A DNA stretch of 63,964 nt, the filler included, from Thelocarpon superellum (Eukaryota), in assembly GCA_026025795.1 (NCBI GenBank). It is 3 parts of 3 records of this genome, joined end to end, with 100 filler letters (N's around TTAATTAATTAA, not from the genome) between each part and the next. Parts side by side here need not be neighbours in the genome. Positions count along the whole stretch, not along the records: positions 1 to 23,437 come from JAPEUG010000283.1; positions 23,538 to 46,941 come from JAPEUG010000284.1; 1 more part is not named here. The stretch is one strand, 5' to 3'. Under the pieces are notes generated by a model that had not been told where the DNA came from, ran no database searches, and saw only the letters and a program-made list of their open reading frames with translations. Each line of letters opens with the position of its first letter. Position 1 is the first letter of the stretch. The position numbers were made by a program, and so were the translations under genes. Below are positions 11,765 to 24,830 of this stretch, in pieces.

Positions 11765-12790
11765 TCACCCCAACAGTTCCAAGTAGTGACCGACGAGACT
11801 AACGATCTGGTCCTCGTACGTCTTGAACTTCAGCCCAAAGACCTGCTCGGTATACGAGGCGTCGATGTGAAGTTTCTTCGTCGGCTGCGACCCTCCGAGG
11901 GGGAGACGGCCGTCCTTGACGGCGGCGGGGAAATGGCTGGCGGCGATGTCGAGCGCGTCGGCCCACTCGGTACCCTCGACGCCGTTGCTGGACACAACAA
12001 AGTCCTGGTTCCCCGCCACCGAGGGCGCCAGGGCCGCGACGTGCACGGCGGCGACGTCGTCCACGTGCACCGTGATGCCCGGCAGTGGGCTGGCGGCCTG
12101 GACGCCGACGAGCGGCTTGAAGGCGTACGAGTTCGTGCCGGAGCTGGCGTAGTCGGCGCCGACGGTGACCAGCTCGTTCTTGCCAATCACAAACGTCGGC
12201 AGCACGTGGATGATGTCGAACCGCGGCTGCTGCGTCGCGAGGAACTGCTTGCCCGCGTACAGGGCGAAGCTCTTGGAGGCGCAGTAGGCGTGGAAGTTGT
12301 TGACGTACGGCGCGGACTCCGGCTCGATGGTGTCCTTGTGGGAGAAGACCCGGTCCGATTCCACGAGGGCGAGGTCCTTGAAGGAGAGAATCGTCACGGC
12401 TGATGAGGTGATGACGACGCGCTTGACGGAGGCGGATTTCTTGGCCGAGGCGAGGATCCCCGTCGTGCCTTTCACCGCCGGCTCGATCAGCTCGCTCTGG
12501 TAGTCCTCGGGCCCGGCGGCTTTGGATGCCAGAGGGGACGCCAGGTGCTCGATGTAGACGACGTCTTGGACGGCCTCATCAAACGCCCCGTCCTTGAGAA
12601 TGTCCGGCACCACCACGAATTCCAGCTGCTTCACGTACGGCTTCACCGACGCCGTCGCCTTGAGGCTTTCCGCCTGCTCGGCGCGTCGGATCACGCCTCG
12701 CACCCGGTAGCCGGCTTGAAGCGCCGTTACCAACACGCGGAACCCGATGAAACCGGTGACTCCGGTGATCAAGACCAGTTCTCCCGCCAT
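11765..12790 (-). CDS. NAD(P)-dependent epimerase/dehydratase family reductase (extended SDR, Gre2/aldehyde reductase II-like)
   Basis: Intronless 341 aa. Rossmann motif TGVTGFIG, HLASP, RVVITSS, catalytic YCASK and VHVDDVA. Confidence 0.9.
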   Translation of the reverse strand: MAGELVLITGVTGFIGFRVLVTALQAGYRVRGVIRRAEQAESLKATASVKPYVKQLEFVVVPDILKDGAFDEAVQDVVYIEHLASPLASKAAGPEDYQSELIEPAVKGTTGILASAKKSASVKRVVITSSAVTILSFKDLALVESDRVFSHKDTIEPESAPYVNNFHAYCASKSFALYAGKQFLATQQPRFDIIHVLPTFVIGKNELVTVGADYASSGTNSYAFKPLVGVQAASPLPGITVHVDDVAAVHVAALAPSVAGNQDFVVSSNGVEGTEWADALDIAASHFPAAVKDGRLPLGGSQPTKKLHIDASYTEQVFGLKFKTYEDQIVSLVGHYLELLG

Positions 12791-14214
12791 CGCTGATGTG
12801 TTTGGTGGTGGAGTTGTTTGAGAGCCGTTCGATCGATGATATGGCGGGCAGGTGGTGGATGAGGATGGATTCGGATCCGTATATATTCAGATGATCAAAG
12901 TGGTAGCGATGACAGGACTGCCAGTGTTGCTTGCAATTGATAGAAGACGATGCCGATGTAGACTCAGCATCCACGGCATCAACAGAGGTTTATATAGAGA
13001 CCATGCACCACGGATCAACACCAACAAACCATACGCCATCGACGCTACTCTCGCGGTAGACACGGCGTGGTTGGATGTATTGCTAAGCTACTCATCGAGC
13101 GATGAGCTCAGAGGCGCCACGACGGCCTCGCGGAAAGGAGGGGTTTGGTAATTGCCGTCGCTTGTGGTGCGACTGAGGTGCCGCATGGGGCATGTGGCTT
13201 GAACGCCCATCGAAGATACGACCTCGTTCCATGGTCTTTCGCTGCGTATGAGTAGCTATTCCCGCCGCACGGTGGACGTGTTCGGCAGCCGGTAACTGGC
13301 ATTGCGCAATACGCTTACCAAGCTGCGGATTTTTAGATCACTGATCAACCGACTGTCGCGGCCTACTGCTGACTACAATGACTCGGTACGAGCGCTTTCT
13401 GGTGCGAGTGCTCGTGTGAGTAATCAATGAGTCTGCCAAGGCACTTTGCCGAGGGCCACTCTCCCGCCTATCATAGTCGTATACGCTCGGTCGAGCAACA
13501 TGGCGTTGGTGGTGCTGGGTGATTGCGTAATGTGTGCCCCTCGTGCCCCGCGCAATGTGAGGTCTGTAGTGGCAGCAGAGAGACGACACCCTCGGCATGT
13601 CGTTTGGTCCGCCATTTCGAGCGGCGGGGAGAGTAAACATCCCGAACAAAGATGACAGACACGTCCTTCCAAGACCTTCTTCCTTGCTTTGCTGGATTAA
13701 TAAGGTAATGATTTGTCCCAACCTGATGCTGCCCCGGCCATATTTGGTAAAGGTGCATTGAGTGTGTGATGTGATCACTAGAGTGCGCGCGTCGAGCAGC
13801 GTTTGCCAGGCTCATTTTAGGTGCGGTGGGGAACAGGACGGAATTCTTCTTGCTGTGCAGAAATGGACCTAAATCTCCACTACCCTTCACTACCAATATG
13901 AAGCACTAATATGATACGCTGATTACCTTGTCGAACGTCGCGACGTCCAGGTCCCTGGTCGTACGTTTAGGCGGTTATATATCTTTGACATATTTCTGGA
14001 GCTGTGGGGGCCAGGAGTCACGATATTGAGGTAACGCGGAGGCATGTTCCGTTCGAAGAGCAGAACATCACTGATCAAGATCAACTCCAGGTAACGAACA
14101 AAGTGACTCGAATATTGATTGATTGTGTCACATTAATCGGTTATATCAACCATCATTACTTTTAAATATTCAAATGGAAAAGAGAATCACCCGCCCGCCC
14201 CAGATATCCTGTTC

Positions 14215-15274
14215 CTATGTGATCACTACCTCGGCAGGCCCAGCCAACGTCCCATAGCTAGTGAGAGCATTGACGTCCAGCCCACCAGCAAAAGTGGTCA
14301 GAACGGCAAACGCAACACCCGTGACGTTGGCCGGGAGCGGAACAGAGCCGCTACCAGACCCAGTACTTTGTACCTCCTGAAAGATCGGGGCCGAGTTGTT
14401 GTTGACGAGAGCAATGTAGAGCGGCTCGTCGGGGGACACGGGAACGAAGTATTTGGACGGATCCCAGGCAAACTCGAGTGGGGTTCCCGCGGGGGCACTG
14501 GTGTTCTTCGGCGCGGGCGTGGGCGAGGTCAAAGTCAAGGTCGGCAGGACGATGATGGGAAGTGGTTGCGGGCACGATACGATGAACGCCTGTGCAAGGT
14601 TGTAGGCCCACACGGCCGTCAAGAATTGATCAAAGGCTGTCGGGAAAGGGTCGAGCTGGACACCGGCGCGTAAGAAGGCGTCGTGGCGCGCTTCATTGGT
14701 CAGGATCGAGGCTGCTGTCGTGAGGAGCGTCGGATTGTCCGATACAAATGTTGAACCGCCGATGTAGGCGCCAATGCCGACACTGGGACTTGTAAGCGGC
14801 TGTATATGCAGACGAGAGCTGTGGTGGGAATCTGGATGGGAAGGCTCACGTCGTGACCATGTTCGAGAGATCGACGAAGCTCACAGGGTCGGTGCTGGGG
14901 AATTTATATGTGCATGGTGGGACGGGCGTCACCCCGTTCTCTTCCAGCACTTGAGTGATGGTGGTGGCGTGGATCAACTCTTGCTGTATTTCCATGCTGG
15001 TCAGTGGAGGCTGGGAATGGTTGAGCTCCGCTGGTCATACCTGAGCAATCACATTCACACTGTCTCTGAAGCCCGAGGGAAAGCCGGCCGCTTCAAAGGC
15101 AGCTTCACTGTAATTCGAATACCCCTGACTGTACAGGGCGTACTCGAGGTGCTCGAGGTACAGGGCGAGCTGAAGCGTTGCGGTGTCATTGGCGCTAAGC
15201 CCGCGTTTTACCAGTGGCGCGGCAGACACCAACGGAAGAAGGCCTATGGCCAGTATTGATAGGTTGAGCTTCAT
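14215..15274 (-). CDS. Secreted ferritin-like domain protein (Rds1/stress-response type), 3 exons
   Basis: Signal peptide MKLNLSILAIGLLPLVSAAP followed by KR. Ferritin-like motifs LQLALYLEHLE, GIGAYIG and AASILTNEARHDAFLR. TATAAA about 75 bp upstream; introns near 14990-15040 and 14792-14850. Confidence 0.82.
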
Positions 15275-16236
15275 TTTCAATAGAGCAATTCGAAATGACT
15301 GCGGCCAAGAAAAAACGACAATGTCGCGGTCGGCACCGGGAACGTCTTTATAGGCAGCGGATGCCACGGAAGAGATACGTCACGAACTGGATGGCGACCG
15401 GGCGGGGACGACATGGCGACATGACAATGACGCGGGCGTTTCTCAACATGTTTGCTTCCAGCACTACCATCCAACAGCTAAGCTTTCACGCCCCACGGGT
15501 CCGCGGACCGTCCGCGACTAGCGGCGATCTTAGGCCCGGGCGTCTGGTGGGGCACCGGCACAACCTGAGTGGGGCACCGGGCGTTCGCCGTGTGCCGCGA
15601 TCATGACGCTTACATACTGGTGTGTGGCAAGGCCTTGTGCTCTCTGGTGGGGCTGGAGCCCGCTCGGAAAGAGCATCGGTCCGAATCCGGTTCTGCGCTG
15701 GCCAAGTAGCCCGTGGCAGCAGTGGAGCCAATGTGCAGGTACGAGCACGGGACGAGTAAGAGTCGAGGGCGCTGGCTACAAACGCATCAATCGCCGCCCG
15801 AGCCGTTCACGTGGGCGCGTCGTTGGATGGTCCTTGCGTTGCCATCCAGCTCGCCCGGAGCTCGCCCGAGCTCGCGCCACGACTATTAGTGACGTCATCT
15901 TTCTAGCTCGCAGCTTCATCCTCGGTCGTGCTGGCGCCTGTGGGTCTCGGTCGAATTCCAATCCTTTCGCCGGGCGGCGCGTGCGCATCTGGCGTCACTT
16001 CTCCCAGATGTACGGGAGTGCTTCGGACAAGATCAAGGGTCGCCCGTTGCATCGTCCATCAGTTCATGCATGATATGGGATACCGGGACGCCATTCACAG
16101 GTCGGTGAAAGCGCCGGCGTGGGCACGTGGACCAGGATGTGGGATGCTGACTTATACACACGACCCTCGGCCGACGCTCCTCATGTTCCCACGGCATGCA
16201 CCCTGCGTGTGAGTCTATTCTCGTGCACGCCGAGCT

Positions 16237-18584
16237 CTAGTCTCTTGGTCCCGCTTTCTCGCCAAGCATCTCCCGGCCCAACCCCTCGGTGATGCCCTCG
16301 CCCTTGGTGATGTGTTCCACCGCCTTGACCAGATCGTAGCACATGCCCTCCGTCACCACGCTATCGTGCTTGTATTCCGGATGCTGGCTGACAAAGTGCC
16401 GGATCCACGTGGCGCCAGTCCACAAGGCACCGGAGGCCCTCTTGCGGATCAGGTCGAGGTATCGCTCGAGCTCGCAAAGGGTCTCGACGTCGACGTTAAC
16501 GGAGTTCAGGTAGGACTGCACCAAGGGGATCAAGCCGGGAAATCCACGCTCCTTTTGCTGCCCGTTGATGATCTCGTCAATCGACATGAGCTCGTACTCA
16601 TCTTCGACCGGCCCGATGGGGGTGGGAGGCCGGCTGATGCTTTGGTGAGGCGACGAGGTCCCCGACGGGTCATTGCTGTGGTGCCGCGGGTGCCGCGGGG
16701 GAAAGGGGTGCTTGCGAAAGTAGAACTTCTGCCCCAGCACCGCATTGCGCGCGTGCGCCGTCTCCATGTTCTCCGTCGTGCGCGCGATGGGGAGATAGAA
16801 GTTGAGGTCGAAGCTGAGGATGGCGCGCGTGACGAGCACCATCAGCACCGAAAAGGCCGCGTTCTCAAAATCCGTCATCTGGATCTCCATCGGTCGAAAC
16901 TCCACCCGCCATCCCGTGTCTTTGTCATGAGGCGGCGGCTTGAAGCGCATGTGCTGCCAGTTGGTCGACTGTAGGTTCTCAAAGTGATCCGTCTTGTCTA
17001 GATCCAACGTCTTCAGATCTTCGCTGAAGATGACGATGGGGTCACGGATGAACAGATGAGCAAAGTGCGTGGCCAGGAGATCGTCCATGCCTCCATCCAT
17101 CAGCCGCCGCTTGAGCTCCTCATCGACGATTAAGTCCGGGTCCAGGTACTCCTTCCGTAGCCGTGCGTCCTGCGAGATGTAGGTCGAATTAGACGCGTAG
17201 CGGGACTTGGGGATCCGCCACCTCGCGTCTTTCAGGGGCTAGGCATGCCATCAGCAACGTGTCCGCAGCGTGGCGAGGTCGGCGGCACGGTCACGGCACG
17301 TACCAGCTCCCCCAGCTCTTCAGGAGTTCGGTCGTCGACCGCCGCGCTGATCTGATTCCACCGGACATCGGTGTCGGCGACGAAGCCCTTGTACAGCGGG
17401 GTGGCGGCCGTAAGGGCTAGCATGATGGGGCCCAGCGGGCTGAGCTGATCGTACAGGCGCCGACCCTCGGTGATATTCTTGGCCTGGAAGGTGATCTGCA
17501 GACAGCAACTCCCCATCCCGAAGCCCATGGCGTCCATGTAGATGGCATTCTCCTTCACCGCCCCATTGCGCACATCATCATCTTCGGGGAACTGGTGCAG
17601 ATCGTAGTCAACGGTCGGGTCGGCAAACGGCCAGGGCGTGTTGGTGTCACGAAACACGGGAACGTTGATGGCGACCTTGCGTCCGCGTCGGGAGCGAATG
17701 TTGGCGGCCAGCGTGGGGAAGCGGATGTGCGGATTACAGATCTCGTCGGGCACGAATTGTGATCGGAGCGTGTCACCGCCGGGCGGAAAGTAGGGGCTGG
17801 TGAAGGCGCCCGGTGCTCCAAGCCGTGGAAAGGTGGTCAGGGTGATGGGATACTCGTGGCTTGCCATATGATCCTTGGCAATCACGCGGCTTCATCCCTG
17901 GTCAGCATCGGGCCGCGCGCACAGCAGCATGGGACGGACCGCCATTTCATGTTGGGCTCGACATTGAGTAAATCCTTGAAGCCGATGCCCCAGGGTCGTC
18001 CGGGCGTGGCCTCGAGCATGAAACGCCCAAACTCCGGGTGGAAGGCGGGAAGGGCTGTGTTTCTCCTGCACACGCCCCGTTAGTAGGTGCCATCTGCCCA
18101 TAAGGAGACGACCCACGCAGGGAGGGTTGGAAGATCTGGGACGCAGCCACCATGTCTGCAGAGCTCGTCATCTTTGGCCAGCGCCGCGAGGATGTCGGCC
18201 TGGCGTAAAGAAAGAGTAGCCTTCCGTGCCGCATCGTCGCACGACACCACGAGGTATTCAATCTGGGATCACTCTCAGTAGCCGGGCGTGAATGCAGGAT
18301 CGTCGGCGTCTTGCCTCGTCGCCCCACAACAACGCATCACGTTCTTTGCCCTTGGCTCTCCGCCAGATGGCCAACAATTGCTGTGTCTGATCAGCACTGG
18401 CCGCAACAGATGCCCCACCAGGATCGTGAGGTTGCGCACCTCAATCCCCCATTCGCGCACATGTCGTGCATTTCGCTTGGCCTCAGGCCAGGCAAGCGGC
18501 GTTCCAATGGCCCTACGATCCCATCAGACCCCTCGATCGCCCGATCGGTCCGGCAAGGCTGGCAGGGGCTTACAAGAGACCCAT
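16237..18584 (-). CDS. gcs1: Glutamate-cysteine ligase catalytic subunit (gamma-glutamylcysteine synthetase), multi-exon
   Basis: MGLL|ALGTPL, LLWGDE|IEY, FHPEFGRFMLEATPG, IYMDAMGFGMGSCCLQITFQ, HFENLQSTNWQHMRFKPPP and GWRVEFRPME. Six introns, one of them GC-AG. Confidence 0.96.
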
Positions 18585-20023
18585 TGGGGATCTGCACGGT
18601 AGCTAGCCACCCCCGCACCCGCACCTGCGCCTCTGCGACCGACACGCCCTTTTGCGTCTTGCCGCGCCTACTTCCGAGATGAGGGCGCTGGGCGCTGGGC
18701 GCCAGGCGCCGCCCCGGGGCTCAAGGTGGGGTCGACAAGGCTGGAGGAGTCCGGGGGCGGTGCACCCACACGACGCAACGTCATGAAGATGCTCGAGCTG
18801 ACGGCTGCATGGTTGACGCCTCTGGCTCTCGATATGAAAACATAGCCATGCGCATGCACGAGGAAGGGAGAAAACACATCAACTGCTGTCATTACCTAAC
18901 TCCATGACGTTGGCAGAGTCACGTCGGCTCGTGCCGAACTTAACGTGACGCTTGAATTTTGGCAGCACTCGGCTTTTGTCATCGGCGAGTGAGTTTGAGA
19001 GCCGCCCTGGTCAGCGGATCGCCAAGCCTGACCCCCGAACAGCGTCTTCCGAGGCCTGACAGGCTCCATCTCAGCATGTGTCCTGTCTGTTCGGGGATGA
19101 AATTCGGACGGTGAACCTCAGCGACGCGACGGGCCATCCCACGCCTCCACGCCAACGACCAGCGCAGAACAGCCATGCGAATCGAGCCGACTTGCTCACA
19201 CTACGAGGGGCACCACTACTGCCACGTCAATTGCGGGAACGCAATACAGAAATCGATGGCGTTAGACGTGGCTTCAATCTATGATCTGGGGCCTGATTTT
19301 AATAGAGTCCTCACGGTGGTAGTGCGAAGAACACGACTCGTAGGCCAGCGTCAGTGTGGTCGTCTGATCCCGTCCTCGCCCTCGCCCTGGCCCTTGCCCT
19401 TTGGTCCTTCGAGCTCGCCTGGAGACTATTCTTAGCAGTGGAACCACCACTTCTGGTAGAGTGACGCATGTCAGATTGATGCGTTCATTGATCTAGTCAG
19501 TGGCTTAGGCGGAGGAGCGTGAACATGGCGATCGACAAGCGACGGCGCGCTGCGTCATGACGGCATCACCGCAGCGGCAGTGGCAGCGGTCGGGACAGCC
19601 AAAGACACCACCTGGGTCATACTGAAAAACCTCGCATAGTGCGGCGCTGATTGAATCATGCCCAAGCCAGTGCGCCGGAACATGTGAAACAAGAGGGAGT
19701 AGCAGCAGCGGTGACGGCGACGATGCAGATGCAGACGCGTAGTAGCTCGCCTACGTAAGAAGTGGTGCCACAACAGTTGTTATTCTCTTGCTGAAAAGGA
19801 TGGTAACACGACGCATACATGGCTGACGGGTACGCGCCGCTGGCTCCGCAGACAGATCTGAAGATGTGACCGATGCCGGGTCTGAGTCAAGGCAACGCAC
19901 ATCGCACATTGTACATTGCACCCATCCCCCTGCCTCGGGTTGGCTCAGATCGGGTCGAGCCTATCGCGCATGGATGGATCTAAAATTGATTCTCTGCCCT
20001 TCGACCGCACCCTGGACGATCAG

Positions 20024-20052
20024 CCGACCGACCGACCGACCGACCGACCGAC
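20024..20052. repeat. (CCGA)7 tetranucleotide microsatellite
   Basis: Direct reading: ccgaccgaccga... in the gcs1-nsdD intergenic region. Confidence 0.9.
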
Positions 20053-20680
20053 AGGTGTAGGCAGATGCATGGGGACCGCGTCAAGCGGGTGTGCGGGCGG
20101 CCATGGAGAATAGATGGTGGTATTGCAACATGGCTAGGAACTTTCTCACTCTTGCGTCGGACATGCGAACGTGCGGATATGCAGTCGTACGCTGACGATC
20201 CCCTTGGCAGCCCCGGGTCGAACGAAAAAAGAAACATCCATCCATCGTTTCCTGACGCCCAGCTACGTCCACCCCCGCGAGAGGGAGACGAGATGTCCAC
20301 GCCTTTGCCGTTACCGACGCCTCGGCATCGGTTTCAATCTCGGCCTGTCGTTTCCCACATGTCTCTCGGTCGTCATCGCTGAAAGGAAATAGAGATAGAC
20401 GTACTCAAACACCAATCCCGAATCCGAATCCGAATCTAGTCGTCAGTGCCCCCCAGGGGCACCCCATGGTATGCGGACCATCTCGAGGAAGCGATATGGC
20501 GGTCCCGCGGCCCCCCCCCCCACACCCCCACGCCGCACTCGCTCAAACATCCCCGCCAAACGCCGCACATGATCTGGACGCCTCCAGACTGGCTGAACTC
20601 AGACATGGTGACAGAAGGACAATGCGGAGGAGGGCCGCCAGGGCACATCGATCCATCGCCATCGCCCTCGCCCTCGCCCA

Positions 20681-22332
20681 TCATTGCGGAGAGCTCGGGC
20701 CCATCGATTTCGGCGGCAAGGCTGATCCCGTCCCTGCTCCCTTCGAACCCATTTTGCGAGTCAATTTCGCGTAATCTGTGGCACACAGCATCAGTGCTCC
20801 GCATCACGTCGCGCTTGGTGACAAGGACGACCCACGTAGACCACAAGCGTTGCAGAGCGTCCGCGCTCCATCCGGCCCTCGCCGCCATTCCGGCGTCTCG
20901 GCGCGGTTGCAACTGTGGCAGCGCCCTGGAGGAGCGGCCCGCTGTAAGAGCGTCAGTGACGACTCATCCCTGCCGCGGCCCGCACCCATACGTACCCCTC
21001 GTCGCTTCTTGGCATCCGGGCCCAGGAGCACGTCGGCCTTGCCGTCATCGTAGCTGGTGCCTTCGTCGCCGTCGTAGTCTGAAGAGGCTTTGTATCGAGA
21101 TTCCGACCCTTGCTGCGTCGCCAGCGCATTTTGCCTCGTCACCAGCATCTCGCGTAGTCGGGTGAGCAGATCCTGCACGCGGCCTTGGTGTTTGATCATG
21201 TCGTCGCATTCCGCGACAGACGGGAGCGCCCCTTGAACCGGGCCCGTCTGAGGGAGCTCGCGCGCACGATCCTTGAAGTCTCGCGAGAACTCATTCACCC
21301 GCCCACTGCTGTCGGCAATCTACGGATGCGAGTCAGCGGACATGTCATGTCAATCGCTTCCGACCGGAGGCGGGCGGCTGCCGCATGAAGCCTTACCTCG
21401 TTCAGAGAGGCCTCGAGGTCAAAAAAGTCAAGATGCCGCTTCACCGACGTGCCATATCGCTCGCCGTTGACGCCTTTGAAACCATTGTAGCTCTGCTGCG
21501 CTTCTTGCACCCGACCGACCTCTGAACCATCGAAACGGGACGCGTAGCTGGCGTGCGTCGCCGTCGGCGAGCGAAGCAGAGAATGGGATTTGCTGGGCGT
21601 ATGTGCCGGGTATCGCTGCGACGTCTGATGGTGGCCATATCCGTGGATGGAATTCACAGCATTCACCGAGGCTTGGCCATGATCCGATCCGGGCGAGGAC
21701 TGGCTCGTCGAACCGTGCGTGTCGACGCGATGTGTTTGGCCCGGTGAGGGCGCGGTCCGGAGCGCATGTAGCGACGGCAGCCGATCGGCCGGATGGGACG
21801 GCGGGTAGGTCGAGGTGGACGGCGTGTGCGGAGGTGGCACCGCATACGACGGCGCATTGAGAGCTTGCGATGCGGCAGGGTGGGGCTCGTGGTGCGGTGT
21901 GTCTAGCGGTCGTGAACGAGGAAGCGGACTCCGGGGAGGGAGGGCCGCCTTGATGTCGTGATGACTAGAGCGCTGATGCGGGAGCAGAGGAGGCGCCGGA
22001 CCGGGATATGACAGTAGCTGGTCGCGGCCAAGAGCCTCGAAGATGGACGGTAGCGATTGGCGTGGTGGAGGTGCCTCCTTCTCTTCGCCCGACGTACGTC
22101 GTGAGTGTGGTGGAGAGGTGACCGATGGCGTGGACATGGCCGTCGTCGATTGATAGGAATAGGGCGGCGGGGGCCCGGAATACACGGACGTGGGACTGCC
22201 CACACTACCGTTGGGCACGTTCGTCGACGCCATGGTGGATACTTGCGAGTGATACTCTGATCCGTGGCCTTTGACCGCGGCGAAGTCGAGGTAGCTGATG
22301 GAGGGTAACGCGTCGCTGGGACTGGTCAGCAT
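20681..22332 (-). CDS. nsdD: GATA zinc-finger transcription factor, NsdD/SUB-1-like developmental regulator
   Basis: C-terminal [36 protein letters not shown]; upstream blocks [22 protein letters not shown] and [20 protein letters not shown]. Three introns; TGA at 20681-20683. The start codon is somewhat uncertain. Confidence 0.88.
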
Positions 22333-23437
22333 GTTGCTATGCCACGATTCGAGGGATCATGGGTCGCGAATCACGCACCTGTGCTGTCTGCCACCGACCA
22401 TCGTCTCCATGACGAAAGGCAGCCGCGGAGTGCGGTGGTCGACGACGAGGAGAGAATGCCGAGCCCTGCCCAGCGGTCGCACGGCACGTCAGATGAAGGC
22501 GACTTGACTATCGAGCCGATCCCCGCGGGACGTGAGGAGATTTGGCGGCGCTGCCGATCCACGCACTACCGTGCTGAGGCGGCGCGGCCAGACACCAAGC
22601 CAGATACGCTCCACCGACGAGGAGTCAATTGAGGCAGGACGATGAACAGGCACGAAGCGTGGCGGGCGAAGCGGGCGACAAGGGACCGAGAAGCGCGGGC
22701 GCGGACGCAGTGATGAAGGAGGTGGGAGGAGGAAGCGGTGGTAGTAGTAGCGGTGGTGGTGCAGGAGGCGGAAGAGGTGGTGGTTGTAGGATAAGTGTAG
22801 GTGATGGGCGGGAGGCAAAAGTTGGTAAGCGTCGTCGGGTCCAGCAGATGGGGCACAGGTGCACGCGAAATCGGTGATCTCAGTAGATCGTCCGATGAGA
22901 TCTGTGGGCACAGACACCCACACGCTGGTGGCGGAAGCGCCAGTGTCGACGGGCGCGGTCGGCAGGCTCGGTCGACGGAATTTGCGGGACAACGCTGTCG
23001 ACGAGCGGCAGGCGGCGCGCGGAAAGCAGGAAGGGAGATGAACGACGTGCGAACGAGTATGAGGGGAGATGGGGGTGTGGACGGATTCAAATGGTGGATG
23101 GACGCGCATCGATGATGACGAGACGAGGCGCCGCGATAGGGCCGTGTGCTGTGGGAACCGAGTCGGGCGCGCGGCGGACCTACCTGGTCGCCGGTGCTCT
23201 CAACGTCGAGTGCGAAGTACTTTGTCGGGTACCTCGTACCCTGCGAATCCTCGGAGCGACCTGGCTAAGCGGCGGAGGAGTCCTTGGGGGTCTTGGCGAG
23301 GGCACGACTGAGGCCTTACTCTTCCGCCTGGCTCTGTCCAAGACGGGGCAGTCGTGCCGGGCCCGATGCCATCAGTTCGCGCGACAGTGGTTTTCTCCCC
23401 TCCAACCCCTCCCGCGTCACCGACCTCTTATCGACAG

Positions 23438-23537
23438 NNNNNNNNNNNNNNNNNNNNNNNNNNNNNNNNNNNNNNNNNNNNTTAATTAATTAANNNNNNN
23501 NNNNNNNNNNNNNNNNNNNNNNNNNNNNNNNNNNNNN
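23438..23537. other. Artificial contig spacer N44-TTAATTAATTAA-N44
   Basis: Exactly 100 bp; the central 12-mer gives stop codons in all six frames; identical to the spacer at 46942-47041. Confidence 0.97.
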
Positions 23538-24830
23538 GGCTTCGTGCTGAGATTCGAGATCGCCGCGGTGCAAACACCGCTCAAAACCACCACGGCCACC
23601 GCCCAAGGACAGAAGGTCACCCGATTGCGGGTGGATGGTGATCCTCCCTACGAAGAGCAAGATGCAGAGGAGTCGAAGCGCATCGAACGGGAACACTGCC
23701 GTCAATACTGCGGGAAGCACTGTCGCTATTCAGTCGGCACACGTGGACATGCTTCTGCTCCTCGACCGACTTCCCGATTCGCGCCGTTTGCGCGTGCCGA
23801 GACCGGCGAAACTCGCCCCTTCGATCCCCGGGTGACGGAAAAGGAGCCTGCGGAAGGCTACAGGGCGCCCACCAGAGACGGTCAGACAACAGACTCGAGA
23901 CCGAGCGACGAACCTCCATCATCGAAGGCTGGAAGGGGCGAGGACAGTTCAAAGCTTGGCCCTCACCCGACTTGGACCGGCACGTGGGCCTTGTCGGCCA
24001 GCCAGATCGACTACGCCTATCGCAACGACATCCTGACCGAGCTCCCCCAGATCACGGCGGAAGATCTGAGCGACCGGAGCAAAGGCGATGCACTGGTCAA
24101 GGGCCTTGCCGTCCTCCAAATCACCTGGCTGGTGATTCAGGTCGTCGCGCGGGCCGTGCAGAATCTGGCCATCAGCCTGCTGGAGGTGACGGTCTTGGCC
24201 TTTGCCTCGTGCGCCATCTTGACATATCTGGTGCTCTGGCACAAGCCACAAGATGTCCGGACCCCGGTGTACATCGACCTACCGCGCGTCCTCACGCGCG
24301 AGGAGATCATCGGTCTCGCCGCGCGCTCACCCGTGTCAACGCTGGTGGTGCACGAGTTCTGGCTCCATGGTGTCGCCATCCGCGCCATGGCCGACAACAT
24401 CTTCCCCTCGTCCCCGGGCATCCCGGTCAAGACGCCATGGATGAAGACGCCCTTCTATCTGAACCCCGTCCCTATCGGCATCGGACTCGGCGGCACCCTG
24501 TTCGGCACGATCCACTTCGCGGCGTGGAACTTCGACTTCCCCACTCGCGTGGAGCAGCTCCTGTGGCGCATCTCCTGCTGCTTCCTCGTCACCCTCCCTC
24601 CATTCGGCACCGTCGCCTACTGGAGTGCGCAACATCTCGCGCGAGCATGGGGCATGAGCGAGACGCGAATCAACCGCTTCCTCAAACCCACAGCGTACAT
24701 GTTCGTGCCGATGTATGCCCTCGCCAGGCTCTATTTCCTCGTCGAGGTGTTTCGCCAGCTAGCCTATCTGCCGCCCTCGGCCTTTCAAGAGGTCGAATGG
24801 CCGTCGGTTATTCCTCATGTGGGCGTCTGA
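23538..24830 (+). CDS. Uncharacterised fungal multi-pass membrane protein, 5'-truncated by the gap
   Basis: The open frame starts at the gap edge (GFVLRF). Motifs EDLSDRSKGDALVKGLAVLQITW, LAISLLEVTVLAF, WHKPQDV, FGTIHFAAWNFDFPT.VEQLLWR and YALARLYFLVEVF are typical of a widespread fungal family of unknown function. Confidence 0.82.
   Translation, partial: GFVLRFEIAAVQTPLKTTTATAQGQKVTRLRVDGDPPYEEQDAEESKRIEREHCRQYCGKHCRYSVGTRGHASAPRPTSRFAPFARAETGETRPFDPRVTEKEPAEGYRAPTRDGQTTDSRPSDEPPSSKAGRGEDSSKLGPHPTWTGTWALSASQIDYAYRNDILTELPQITAEDLSDRSKGDALVKGLAVLQITWLVIQVVARAVQNLAISLLEVTVLAFASCAILTYLVLWHKPQDVRTPVYIDLPRVLTREEIIGLAARSPVSTLVVHEFWLHGVAIRAMADNIFPSSPGIPVKTPWMKTPFYLNPVPIGIGLGGTLFGTIHFAAWNFDFPTRVEQLLWRISCCFLVTLPPFGTVAYWSAQHLARAWGMSETRINRFLKPTAYMFVPMYALARLYFLVEVFRQLAYLPPSAFQEVEWPSVIPHVGV

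Noticed and set aside
19400..20400. Possible structured ncRNA (snoRNA or TPP riboswitch) between gcs1 and nsdD
   Set aside because: No canonical C/D box pair, tRNA T-loop or TPP aptamer core found by eye; an Infernal/Rfam scan would be needed.
23482..23493. TTAATTAATTAA palindrome as a biological element (also at 46986-46997)
   Set aside because: Flanked symmetrically by 44 Ns on both occasions; it is an assembly linker.
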